Shown piece after piece: positions 11,900 through 26,976 of a DNA stretch of 64,000 nucleotides. Under the pieces are notes generated by a model that saw nothing but the letters and a program-made list of their open reading frames with translations, had not been told where the DNA came from and made no database searches. How positions within the stretch are numbered: position 1 is the stretch's first letter; each line of letters starts with the position of its first letter. A program made the position numbers and the translations under genes. The DNA comes from the human T2T-CHM13v2.0 reference genome, Homo sapiens, in the NCBI RefSeq assembly GCF_009914755.1, contig NC_060948.1; one strand, written 5' to 3'.

Positions 11900-13620
11900 T
11901 GCAAAACTGCCACAGCTATCATTGCTTGTTCTCAGCGGTGGCTTTGTCTCCAGAGGCGACTTCCACATCTGTAGACTAAAAGGACAGCACATGCACATAA
12001 TTATAAGAACAAAGTTTAAAAGCGCAGGGTTTCCAATGGTCTTAATCCATTTAAGAGAATTGATTGCAGACAACCCATTGGCTGCCTTGCTTAAAATATC
12101 AGTTCAGGAGAGCAGTGTTAATTGAGCTTGAAAGGCTTCAAAAGCCTGCTCTTTCCATTTTACAACATAGAGGATGAGATTTTCCTCTCTGCCTTCAAGA
12201 TGGCATTTAATTCTTTCCCACTGGTGTCCTGTTTCATTGTAACTATGAAGAGTAATGCAAAAATCAGATGTATTCCAATCATATTGCATTGAATTCTGGT
12301 TTCTAAACTTATAATGTTATCCCCCATCCCAGTTACTGTCTGATGGAGATCATTAATTTGATTAACTGTCTTTCAACCTATTTGGGCTTGAGAGTTCCAT
12401 AATTTCATAGAATTCTTTTGCATTTATCAACAAATTCAACTGTTTGCACAGATGGGTGTAAATCCACACCAGCTAGTGCAGCAGTAGTGGTAACTGCAAT
12501 GAGGCCAATTATAGCAAATGTAAGAGCAACTATACATCTTTTTTAATGGGATAAGAGTTTTTTAAGGATCTCAGTTATAATATGAATGGATGATGATGCC
12601 TCACATGGTCTGTTTAGAGACACAGGGATCCAAACTCCTTCTATGGCTCTAATCCACAATATAATTTCACTTTTATCAAAGGTTGAGTTAATGCAAGTAA
12701 ACAAGTGACAATGTAGGTGATAAAAGAGGTATTCCTGTAAGGAGTAATATTTCCTATTGCTAACATAAAAGGTGGCTGGATGCAACTTTGAATCCAAAAT
12801 GTCCTGTTAGAAAGAAAAGAGAGAATATATTTATCTTTACCTCCCTCCCCTTTATACTTATTGTATTTACCATCCTAAATTTTGATTGAACTTTGAGCCA
12901 TTGCCAATTTCCATAATTCTGAATGTTCCTGTCGTATGGCAGGAGATATCATTTTTGAACTAGGGGTGACAATCCATCAGGGCTCATATGATAGTGACAT
13001 CAGCTTCCATCTGACTATACTGTATATGGTTCTCTTTCCAACGATTCCATCGGCTTATTTCATTTTTTCTACAAGAGGGCATTCTGATGCAATTTTTCTT
13101 AAAAATCCCCTTAGGGGACCAATCAATGATGATTCCATAGGAATTATTTTGTAACACCTCAGCCTTACTTGCTATAAAATTTTCCCCATTCCAAGCATCC
13201 ACACCTTCAAACCAAAGTCTATTTTGTTTACATTCGAGTTTGTCTGGACAGAACTGCTGAGATTTAGTGCTAGAATGGTTATATTTTAAACTTTGTCCCA
13301 AAATCATATGTAAAGTAGCTTGTGATTTAGTTTTTTCTGGGGATTACTACCAATCATACTTGTGTGCTAATTTGTAAGCAATCCAGCAGCAGGTCCTAGG
13401 CATATTGGAGGATATTTATATCCTATTGACATATTCATCTTCATCCCTTCCTCATTAGGATGCATTGGCCCTCAGTTATCTCTGGGCTCAGGCATCCAGG
13501 TACTGTCATTGTTGTGCACCTCAATGACAGGGTCCATCCAACTCACAGACTCACAGGGTCCTCCTTCATTAAAGGAGGAAATGGGACATATGCCCAATAA
13601 GTAAAATTTTGAGTTGCTCC
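11900..13620 (-). pseudogene. env: HML-1 env, disrupted
   Basis: [24 protein letters not shown] and QYDWNTSDFCIT resemble HERV-K Env SU/TM. Confidence 0.85.
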
Positions 13621-13639
13621 TACAGTAGGGAGGCTTATC

Positions 13640-16240
13640 ATTTGTTTCAGGCGTTCTGGCTCTTCCCAGAGTCCTCTCTTCCTGGTGTGGCTCATGACAA
13701 ATCTTCAGATGTTTGGTGGGAACAAACAGAGGCACCTGATTGACACCTGGAGAGACACAAACATATCCTCTTCCCCATGTAATTATTTTTCCCTTTTATC
13801 AGCTCTTTGTATGTGCATCCCTCCAGCATATATCTTGTCCAGACTTTTTATTTTCCTTTTGTCCCATCAGATGTTGTTCAACTGCTGTCTTGGGTTGACC
13901 TTTTTGTAAATTAAAAAATTTAATGTTAATAAAGCTAGGTGTAATTTTATATGTGGGGTTTTATATTCCTGGTCTCCATCTTTCTGTTTTTGTAACTGAG
14001 TTTTTTAAGGTACAATTAGCTCTTTCAACTATTACTTGTCCCTGTGAGTTATATAGAATACCTGTAGTATGAATAATATTCCACTGTTGAAAAAATGCAG
14101 CCATGGCTTTGCTTCAATACCCTGGGCTATTATCAGTTTTGATTTTTTTCTGGGATTCCCCTAACTGTAAAGCAAGAAAAAACATGCTTTTAAACATGAG
14201 CTGTAGCTTCCCCTGTTTGACATGTGTCCCAGATAAAATGTGAATAAGTATCTACTGAAACATGAACAAAGGACAATTTTCCAAAAGCAGGAATGTGTGT
14301 TACATCCCTCTGCCAGATGGAATTTGGAAATAAACCTCTAAGGTTAACTCCTGCTCCCTGATATGGCAGATGTAGAACTTGACAGGCAGAGCAGTGTTGC
14401 ACAATTTCCTTAACCTGATTCCAGGATAACCCATATCTTTTTCTGAGGCCTGCAGCATTAAGATGGGATAAGGAATGGAATGTTTATGCATCAGTAAAAG
14501 CCACAGAAACCAGTGCATCTGTTCCTTGATTAAATTTAGTTAAAAGACCAGGGAGGTTATTATGTGCTTTTATATGAGTAATATAGAAAGGGAAATGTCT
14601 TTGTTGTACCGCTTGTTGTAAAGAATGAAATAAAAGATTAAGTTGTCCAGTCACATTGTGAATTAAGGCACATTCAATATTTTGTGTGGCTTGCACCACA
14701 TAAGTTGAATCATAAACAATATCAGCTGGCTGTTTAAAAGTTTTCAGTACTGTAATTACAGCTGTAAGTTCAGCCCTTTGAGCAGAAGCAAAGTCAGTTT
14801 GAAAAACTTGTGGTCGACGTCCCACAAATGAGGTTTTCCCATTACTAGACCCACCAGTAAAGACAGTAATAGCCCCTTCAATAGGGCCTTTTTGAGTAAT
14901 AGAAGTCAATATCCAGGATGTTAATTTTAGAAACTGGAATATTTTGAATTTAGGATAATGATTATCAAGAATGCCAACAAAACCTGCCAAATTAACTTGC
15001 CAGTCCTGGGAATTAATATAAGCTTGCTGAATTTGTTGTTCATTTAATGGAACTATAATATGATTTGGATCATATCTCATTAAATTTGTTGTGCACAGCC
15101 TTGCTTGTCCTATTAGTACAGCAATTTGATCTAGGTACAGAGTAAACATTTTGGTTGTATTGTGAGGGAGAAAAAGCCACTCAACAAAATCATTTTGTTG
15201 AAAAATAACTCCTGTAGGTGAATGTTTAGTAGGGAAAACTAAAAACCGTAATGGCTGCATAGGGCTAATTCATTTCACCCATGCTTGTTGAATTTTTTCT
15301 TCAATTAATGGAAGTTCCTTTAATGCATCTTTGGACAGGGAGCATTTACTATTTAAGTTAGAATCCCCTCATAAAGTAGAAAAAAGATGAGACATAGCAT
15401 AGGTAGGAATGCCTAAAGTTGGATGAATCCAATTATTGTCTCAATAATTTTTGAAAGTCATTTAAAGTTTTTAAATTATTTCTTCAAATTTGAACATTTT
15501 GAGGCTTAATAGCACTTTGTTCTACCTTCATTCCTAAATATTGAAAGGGAGTAGAAGTTTGGATTTTATTGGGGGCTATAATTAATCCTGCTGCAGTTAC
15601 AGCCTTTTCTATCTGTTTGTAGCATAGTATTAATTCCTTCTTAGTTTCAACTGCACCTAAAATATCATCCATGTAATGGATAATATAACATTTTTAAAAT
15701 TGTTCTCTAACTGTCTTAATAGATTTTCCAACATAAATTTGACAAATAACTGGGCTATTTAACATGCCTTGTAATACTTTCCAATGGTATCTGTCCACTG
15801 GTTCTTTGTTATTTACAGCAGGAACAGTAAAAGCAAATTTTTCATAATCTTGGGTAGCTAAAGGAATGGTAAAGAAATAATCTTTTAAATCTATCACTAT
15901 TAGAGGCTGGTATTTTGGGATCATTGTTAGAGAGGGCAGCCCTGGTTGCAGTGCACCCATGGGTTGAGTTACAGCATTAACAGCCCTCAAATCTATTAAC
16001 GTTCTCCATTTCCCTGATTTTTTCTTAATAACAAACAAAGGAGAATTCCAAGGGGAGAAAGTAGGCTCTGTGTGTCCCTTTTGCAACTGTTTCTGCACTC
16101 AATTTTTTAAAGCCTCCAGTTTTTCCTGTTTCAGTGGCCATTGTTCCACCCAAACCAGTTTGGTAGTTACCCAAACCAGTTTGGTAGTTAGCCAAACAAG
16201 AGGAATGGGAGCAGGAGGCTTAGCAATGGCTGCTTCTAAA
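13640..16240 (-). pseudogene. pol: HML-1 pol, disrupted; longest open stretch 258 aa at 14484-15260
   Basis: [38 protein letters not shown] and IN zinc-finger remnant HCSAC. Confidence 0.9.
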
Positions 16241-16329
16241 AATGATACCCTAATCTGGTTCTATCTGTTTGCCTTTTTAGTTCTACGGGTTCTGATTGGC
16301 CGCTTTCATTCTTTCCTAATCCTTTTCCC

Positions 16330-17255
16330 AGGGGATATCCCATATTTTTCATCATTTGTTTACCGTTATTACTACACTGATCCAAAGGAATAGATATTTC
16401 AGCACCCTATTTGCAATAAGTCTCTACCCCATAGATTGACAGGAATAGGTATAATAATAGGTTGAATTGTTTCTTCCTAGCCATCTGGCCCTTGACATGG
16501 TAAAATCAAGGAACTTTGAAAAACTTCTGAAGCAGCTCCTACTCCAACAGTACCGATGGATGCCTTTTGTTGGGGCCAGTGTTGGGGCCACTGATTTAAA
16601 GCAATAATAGAAACATCAGCTCCAGTATTTACTAACACTTTAAAGTCTATGTCTTGAATGGCTACTGTACAAATAGGTCTCTTATCAGACACTTGATTAA
16701 CCCAATATACAGCTTTTCCTGCTGGGCTAGTAATGTTGCTTACTGGTAGAAGCCCTTGCCAGTTGATTTCCTTTTTTACCTTCCTTTTTTGTGTGTCCAA
16801 ATTGCCCACAATTAAAACAAGAGCCTGGGAAATGGGGCATATATTTTCCCACCTTTAGTCCAGCCATAGCTTGATCTAATAGAGTAGCCTTATGTAAGTT
16901 ACCCCCAATGCCATCACAAGCCTTATTATATTCAGCCAAATGAACCTTCCTTCTCATAGGTATAATAGCATTTTGACAATCTGTATTAGCATTATTATAT
17001 GCAAGAAGCTGTATTCCAACATCGTGAGCTGGTTTGTCAGTAATGGCCTTATACACAGCCTCCTGGAGCCAAGCAATAAAATCAGTATGTGGTTCTTTAG
17101 CTCCTTGTCAGACAGAACTGAAAGAAGGGTATTTTTCTCCTGTAACATTTATTCTATCCCTCCCCCATATGCACACGGTGAGTAACTGAACAATGGCAAC
17201 ATTCTTCATTACTGCTTCATTTTCTAATCGACCCCAATTAGGGCTGACTCCCATT
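16330..17255 (-). pseudogene. HML-1 gag C-terminal half fused by deletion to the protease domain
   Basis: CFNCGQFGH knuckle followed almost directly by AVYWVNQVSDKRP...LVNTGADVSII; no dUTPase. Confidence 0.8.
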
Positions 17256-17273
17256 TCTTTGTTGGTTTAAAGC

Positions 17274-18333
17274 CTAAAACACCAAAAGCAATAGCAACAA
17301 AAGCCAAAATTGACAAATGGGATCTAATTAACTAAAGAGCTTCTGCACAGCAAAATAAACCACCATCAGAGTGAACAGACAACCTACAGAATGGGAGAAA
17401 ACTTTTACAATCTACTCATCTGACAAAGGGCTAATATCCAGAATCTGCAATGAACTCAAACAAATTTACAAGAAAGAAACAAACAACCCCATCAAAAAGG
17501 GGGCAAAGGATGTGAACAGACACTTCTCAAGAGAAGAAATTTTTGCAGCCAAAAGACACGTGAAAAAATGCTCATCATCACGGGCCATCAGAGAAATGCA
17601 AATCAAAACCACAATGAGATATCATCTCACACCAGTTAGAATGGCGATCATTAAAAAGTCAGGAAAAAACAGGTGCTGGAGAGGATGTGGAGAAATAGGA
17701 ACGCTTTTACACTATTGTTGGGACTGTAAACTAGTTCAACCATAGTGGAAGTCAGTGTGGCGATTCCTCAGAGATCTAGAACTAGAAATACCATTTGACC
17801 CAGCAATCCCATTACTGGGTATATAGCCAAAGGATTATAAATCATGCTGCTACAAAGACACACACAAGTATATTTATTGCGGCATTATTCACAATAACAA
17901 GGACTTGGAACCAACCCAAATGTCCAACAATGATTGGCTGGATTAAGAGAATGTGGCACATATACACCATGGAATACTACGCAGCCATAAAAAATGATGA
18001 ATTCATGTCCTTTGTAGGGATGGATGAAGCTGGAAACCATTATTCTCAGCAAACTATCGCAAGACAAAAAACCAAACACCACATGTTCTCATTCATAGGT
18101 GGGAATTAAACAATGAGAACACATGGACACAGGAAGGGGAACGTCACACACTGGGGCCTGTTGTGGGGTTGGGGGAGAAGGGAGGGATAGCATTTGAAGA
18201 TACGCCTAATGTTAAATGATGAGTTACTGGGTGCAGCACACCAACATGGCAACATGGCACATGTATACGTATGTAACAAATGTGCATTTGTGCACATGTA
18301 CCCTAAAACTTGAAGTAAAATAATAATAAAAAA
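17274..18333 (+). mobile_element. 5'-truncated young L1PA (about L1PA3-5) 3' end
   Basis: ORF2 C-terminus [16 protein letters not shown], 3'UTR and A-tail; no TSD found. Confidence 0.92.
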
Positions 18334-18673
18334 TTTCCAGCAAAACCAGTAGGGTTCTGGTGAGGATAAGGAAGTTTTTCAGTTCTTATTTTAAATTCTA
18401 CTTTTGGTCATGACTGATAAAGTACTGCAGGTTGTGTCCTACAAGACACTGGCACTTCAAGAAGGAAAGAGCGACATCAGAAGGAACAAGAGGAGGATAG
18501 ATAAAAAGGAGGTAGATCTGGGCAAGGTACTTCACATTATAAATAATACAGAAAAACTGAGGAAAATATTTCAGCAGTCCTTTTAAATTCAGAAATTGTT
18601 TTAGACAATTTTTTTTGTTGCATTGAAGAAATAACTTTATTAGAAGACCCATTAGATGTTTCCAAATACCATT

Positions 18674-21410
18674 TGTATTAGGCTGCTCTCATGCTACTGA
18701 TCAAGACATACCCAAGGCTGGGCAATTTACAGAAGAAAGAGGTTTAATGGGCTTACAGTTACACATAGCTGAGGAGGCCTCAAAATTTTGGCAGAAGACA
18801 AGGAAGAGCAAGTCATGTGTTACATGGATGGCAGCAGGCAAAAAGCAGAGTTTGTGCAGAGGAACTCTTCTTTAAAGAAACCATCAGATCTCATGAGACT
18901 TATTCACTATCATGAGAACAGCATGGGAAAGACTTGCCCCCATGATTCAATTACCTCCTGCATGGTCTCTCCTATAAAACCTGGGAATTCATGATGAAAT
19001 TTGGGTGGGAAGATAGCCAAACCATATCATTCCACCCTGGACCCCCCAAATCTCATGTCCTCATTTCAAAACCAATCATGCCTTCCCAACAGTCCCCTAA
19101 AGTCTTACCTCATTTCAGCATTAACTCAAAAGTCCACAGTCCAAAGTCTCATCCAAGTCAAGTCAGGCTCCTTCTGCCTATGAGCCTGTAAAATCAAAAG
19201 AAAGTTAATTACTTCTTAAATACAATGGGAGTACAGGCATCAAATAAATACAGCCATTCCAAATGTAAGAAATTGATGAAAACAAAGGGGCTACAGGCCG
19301 CATGCAATTCTGAAATCCAGTGGGTCAGTCAAATCTCAGATCTCCAAAATGATCTCCCTTGACTCATGTCTCTCCTCCACATCATGTTGATGTAAGAGGC
19401 GGGTTTCCATGGTCTTGGGCAGCTCCACTCCTCTGGTTTTGCAGTGTATAGCTTCTCTCCCAGCTGCTTTCATGAGCTATTTTTGAGTGTTTGTGGCTTT
19501 TCCAGGTGTGTGGTGCAAGCTATAAGTGGATCTACCATTCTAGGGTTTGGGGGACAGTGGCCCTCTTCTCACAGGGTTGCTAAGTGGTACCACAGTGAGG
19601 AATCTGTGTGGGGGCTCTAACCCTACATTTCCTTTCTGAACTGCTGTAGCAAAGGTTCTCCAGGAGGGCCCTACCCTTGCAGCAAACTTCTGCCTGGGCA
19701 TCCAGGTACTTCCATACGTCTTCTGAAATCTAGGCGGAGGTTCCCAAACTGCAATTCTTGACTTCTGTACACTTGCAAGCTCGACATGGCATGGAAGCTG
19801 CCAAGGTTTGGGACTTACACCTTCTGAAGCCATGGCCTTAGCTGTATGTTGGCCCCTTAGAGCCACAACTAGAATGGCTGGGATGCAGGGCACCAAGTCC
19901 CTAGGTTGCACACAGCATGGCGACCCTGGATCCAGCCCATGAAACTCCTTTTTTCACCTCAGTGTCCAGGTCTGTGATAACAGGGGCTGCTGAGAAAACT
20001 TCTGACATACTGGGAGACATTTTCCCCATTGTCTTGTGGATTAACATTTGACTTCTTTTTAGTGATGCAAATTTCTGCAGCCAGCTTGTATTTCTCCTCA
20101 GTAATGAGATTTTCTTTTCTATCATATTGTCAGGGTTCAAATTTTCTGAACTTTTATGGTCTGCTTCTCTTATAAAATTGAATGTCTGGCGGTGTGCAGT
20201 GGCTCATGCCTGTAATCTCAGCGCTTTGGGAGGCCGAGGCAGGCAGATCACAAAGTCAGGAGATCAAGACCATCCTGGGTAACACAGTGAAATCCTGTCT
20301 CTACTAAAAATACAAAAAATTAGCCAAGGATGGTGGCAGGCACGTGTAATCCCACCTACTCAGGAGGTTGAGGCAGGAGAATGGTGTGGACTCAGGAGGT
20401 GGAGCTTTCAGTGGGCCGAGATCCTGCCACTTCACTCTAGCCTGGGTGACAGAGAGAGACTCCGTCTCAAAAAAAAAAATAAAATAAAATAAAAAAATGA
20501 GCCAGGCATGGTGGCATGTGTCTGTAATCCCTGCTACTCAGAAGGCTGAGGCAGGAGAATTGCCTGAACCTGGGAGGTGGAGGTTGCAGTGAGCTAAGAT
20601 TGCGTCATCAGCCTGGGTGAAAAAGCAAGACTCCATCTCAAAAAAAAAAAAAAAAAAAAAAAAGAAGAAGAAACTGAATGCCTTTAACAGCACCTATTGA
20701 ACGCTTGCTGCTTAGATATTTCTTCCAGTAGATATCCTAAGTCATCCTTCTCAAGTTCAAATTTCCACAAATCTGTAGGGCAGGGGCAAAATACCACGTC
20801 TCTTTGCTAAAACATAATAAGAGTCACCTTTGCTCCAGTTCCCAACAAGTTTCTTATCTCATCTGAAACCACCTCAGTCTGCATTTTATTTTTCATAGCA
20901 TTATCAGCATTTTGGTCAAAGCGATTCAAAAAGTCTCTAGGGAGTTCCAGACTTTCTCACATTATCCTGTCTTCTGAGCCCTCCAAAGTGTTCCAACCTT
21001 TGTCTGTAACCCAATTCCAAGGTCACTTTTACATTTTCAGGTATCTTTTCAGCAGCTGATACCAATTTACTGTATTAGTGTGTTCTCATGCTGCTGATAA
21101 AATATACCCAATACTGGGCAATTTATGATAGAAAGAGGATTAATAGACTTACATTTCTACATGGCTGAGGAGGCCTCAAAAACATAGTAGAAGACAAGGA
21201 GGAACACGTCTCATTTTACATTGATGGTAGCAGGCAAAGGGAGAGAGCTTGTGTAGGGAAACTATAAAACCATTAGATCTCATGAGACTTATTCACTATC
21301 ACAAGAACAGCACAGAAAACTCTTGCCCCATGATTACTCCCACAGGTCCCTCCCACAACACATAGAAATTCATGGAGAGATTTCAGTGACAACACAGACA
21401 AAGCATATTA
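18674..21410 (-). mobile_element. Full-length THE1 (THE1B/C-like) MaLR; LTRs at 18674-19029 and 21071-21410
   Basis: tgtattag...catatca LTR pair, THE1 internal peptide remnants, near-perfect 5-bp TSD ccatt/acatt. Confidence 0.92.
20188..20669 (+). mobile_element. AluY plus an extra AluS-type right monomer (three-arm Alu)
   Basis: Dimer with A-tail, then a second right arm with A-tail; flanking TSD aaaattgaatgtct / gaaactgaatgcct. Confidence 0.9.
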
Positions 21411-22006
21411 ACATTGTCAGAAAAACTCTCTGAATTATTTTGTTTTCTCTTACAGCTGGCTATTTCTTTTTAAATTCAGTGTACATGTAAGTTCATTTAG
21501 GCATGTCAAGGTTACCGCATTTTTGGCATTGCGATTTTGGATATTCACAAATTATGTGAGATTGTTTTCCTAAATAATTACAAAAGATGGCACCATAAGT
21601 ATTGTACATGAACCCTGTTGGGTCTCTAAAACTGGATCTCTCGTTAAGGAGAAAGACTTGGTTTTGAATGAACACTTGTCTCTAATTTGGATTCTCTTCT
21701 TAAGTGACCAAAGTCTGTAAGGAAAATTTTGGTCAGTCAAGAAGAAATTATATATACAAATACATATCAATTGAACCAAGCTTTAGTTTTAAAAATAATA
21801 AATTTTGCTCAAGCCAAGATGACTCCATTTTTCTTTTCAGAGGTAAATTCTTTTTTTTCCTCCTTGACCAAATTTGAGCTAGAGGAAATGTTACAAACAA
21901 GAAAGGCTACAAGCAAGTAAGACAAACAAAACCTTAAATTCAAAGGAAAGTGAAACCCACACCTGCAAACAGCAGAATATCTGGAGAAATAACACACAGA
22001 ATTCTT

Positions 22007-22719
22007 TTTTTTATATATATACTTTAAGTTCTAGGGTACATGCGCACAACGTGCAGGTTTGTTACGTATGTATACATGTGCCATGTTGGTGTGCTGCACC
22101 CAGTAACAGGTCATTTCCGTTAGGTATATCTCCTAATGCTACCCCTCCCCCCTTCCCCAGCCACACAACTAGTCCCAGTGTGTGATATCCCCCTTCCTGC
22201 ATCCAAGTGTTCTCATTGTTCAATTCCCACCTATGAGTGAGAACATGTGGTGTTTGGTTTTTTGTCTTGCGATAGTTTGCTGAGAATGATGGTTTCCAGC
22301 TTCATCTGTCCCTACAAAGGACATGAACTCATCATTTTTTATGGCTGCATAGTATTCCATGGTGTATATGTGCAACATTTTCTTAATCCAGTCTATCGTC
22401 GTTGGACATTTGGGTTGGTTCCAAGTGTTTGCTATTGTGAATAGTGCTGCAGTAAGCATACTTATGCATGTGTCTTTATAGCAGCATGATTTATAATCCT
22501 TTGGGTATATACCCAGTAATGGGATGGCTGGGTCAAATGGTATTTCTGGTTCTAGATCCCTGAGGAAACTTCAGACTGACTTCCACAATGGTTGAACTAG
22601 TTTACAGTCCCACCAACAGTGTAAAAGTGTTCCTATTTTTCCACATTCTCTCCAGCACCTGTTGTTTCCTGACTTTTTAATGATTACCATTCTAACTGGT
22701 GTGAGATGGTGTCTCATTG
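22007..22719 (-). mobile_element. 5'-truncated young L1PA 3' end
   Basis: Perfect 16-bp TSD aacacacagaattctt at 21991-22006 and 22720-22735. Confidence 0.95.
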
Positions 22720-22879
22720 AACACACAGAATTCTTACCTTAAGAAACAGAGTTTCAAATTCAGCTCCATTAGGGAACTTGAATAAAGTCTTAATCTTGGC
22801 TTAAACCAGGGAGACTATCCCAGAGAAACACCACAGAAACAATCCCAGCCACCCGTACAGCCTCTGATGATGTCAGAAG

Positions 22880-25997
<3,118 letters not shown>

Positions 25998-26074
25998 CCT
26001 ACTGAGAGCTGAAGCCAGCTGGGCTTCTGGGTCAGGTGGGTACTTGGAGAACCTTTCTGTCTAGCTAAAGGATT

Positions 26075-26310
26075 GTAAGCACACCAATCAGTGCTCTGTG
26101 TCTAGCTAAAGATTTGTAAATGCACCAATCAGCACTCTTTAAAAATGCATCAGTCAGCACTCTGTGTCTAGCTAAACGTTTGTAAACACACCAATCAGCA
26201 CTCCATAAAAATGGACCAATCAGCACTCTGTAAAATGGACCTATAAGTGCTACATAAAATGGACCGATCAGCAGGATGTGGGTGGGGCCAAATAAGGGAA
26301 TAAAAGCTGG
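26075..26310 (+). promoter_or_regulatory. LTR12 U3 enhancer/promoter with tandem CCAAT (NF-Y-type) repeats and AATAAA TATA-like box
   Basis: Repeated caccaatcagcactct / ggaccaatcagc units, then ggaataaaagc; known ERV9 LTR architecture; activity not shown. Confidence 0.7.
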
Positions 26311-26958
26311 CCATCCTAGCCAGCAATGGCAACCGGCTCAGGTCCCCTTACATGCTGTGGAAACATTGTTGTTTTGCTCTTCACAATACATCTTGCTGCT
26401 GCTCAGTCTTTGGGTCTGCATTACCTTTATGAGCTGTAACACTCATGGCAAAGGTCTGCAGCTTCACCTCTCAAGTCAGCAAGACCACGAACCCACTGGG
26501 AGGAAGAAACAACTCCAGATGTGCCACCTTTAAGAATCATAACACTCACTGCAAAGTTCTTCAACTTCACTCCTGAAGTCAGCAATACCATGAACCCACT
26601 AGAAGGAAGAAACTCTGGACACATCTGCACTACCTTTATGATCTGTAACACTCACTGCGAAGGTCTGCAGCTTCACTCCTGAAGTCAGGAAGACCAGGAA
26701 CCCACTAGAAGGAAGAAAGTCTGGACACATCTGAACATCAGAAGGGACAAACTCCAGACACACCATCTTTAAGAACTGTAACACTCACCATTAGGGTCCA
26801 GAAGGAATAAACTCCAGACACATCTGGATATTAGAAGGAACAAACTCGAGACACACCTTCTTTAAGAACTGTAACACTCACCATGAGTGTCTGCGTCTTC
26901 ATTCTTGAAGTAAGCAAAATGAGGAACGCACCAGAATGAAACAATTCTGGAAACATTT

Positions 26959-26976
26959 TGGTGACCATGAAGGGAC
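26959..26976 (+). promoter_or_regulatory. PBS (tRNA-Arg)
   Basis: TGGTGACCATGAAGGGAC, a CpG-decayed TGGCGACCACGAAGGGAC, just after the 5' LTR. Confidence 0.8.

Larger units (their letters stand above)
11256..17255 (-). mobile_element. HERV-K14 (HML-1) provirus, 5'-truncated; 3' LTR14B at 11256-11881
   Basis: LTR starts TGTTGGCAGAAGAGCTGAGGCAGGGCTTG; PPT; betaretroviral env, pol, pro and gag remnants. Confidence 0.82.

Noticed and set aside
14484-15260. Longest ORF (258 aa) as a domesticated gene
   Set aside because: Connection/RNase H stretch of a pol broken on both sides; the first catalytic Asp is mutated (FTGGS).
17274-22719. Shared L1 variants as evidence for a non-human primate genome
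   Set aside because: The exact DYS612 compound structure and primer-site matches favour human; not formally excluded without alignment.
26420-26900. Spaced repeats resembling a CRISPR array
   Set aside because: These are ERV9 LTR U5 tandem repeats; the intervening sequences are homologous to each other and there are no cas genes.
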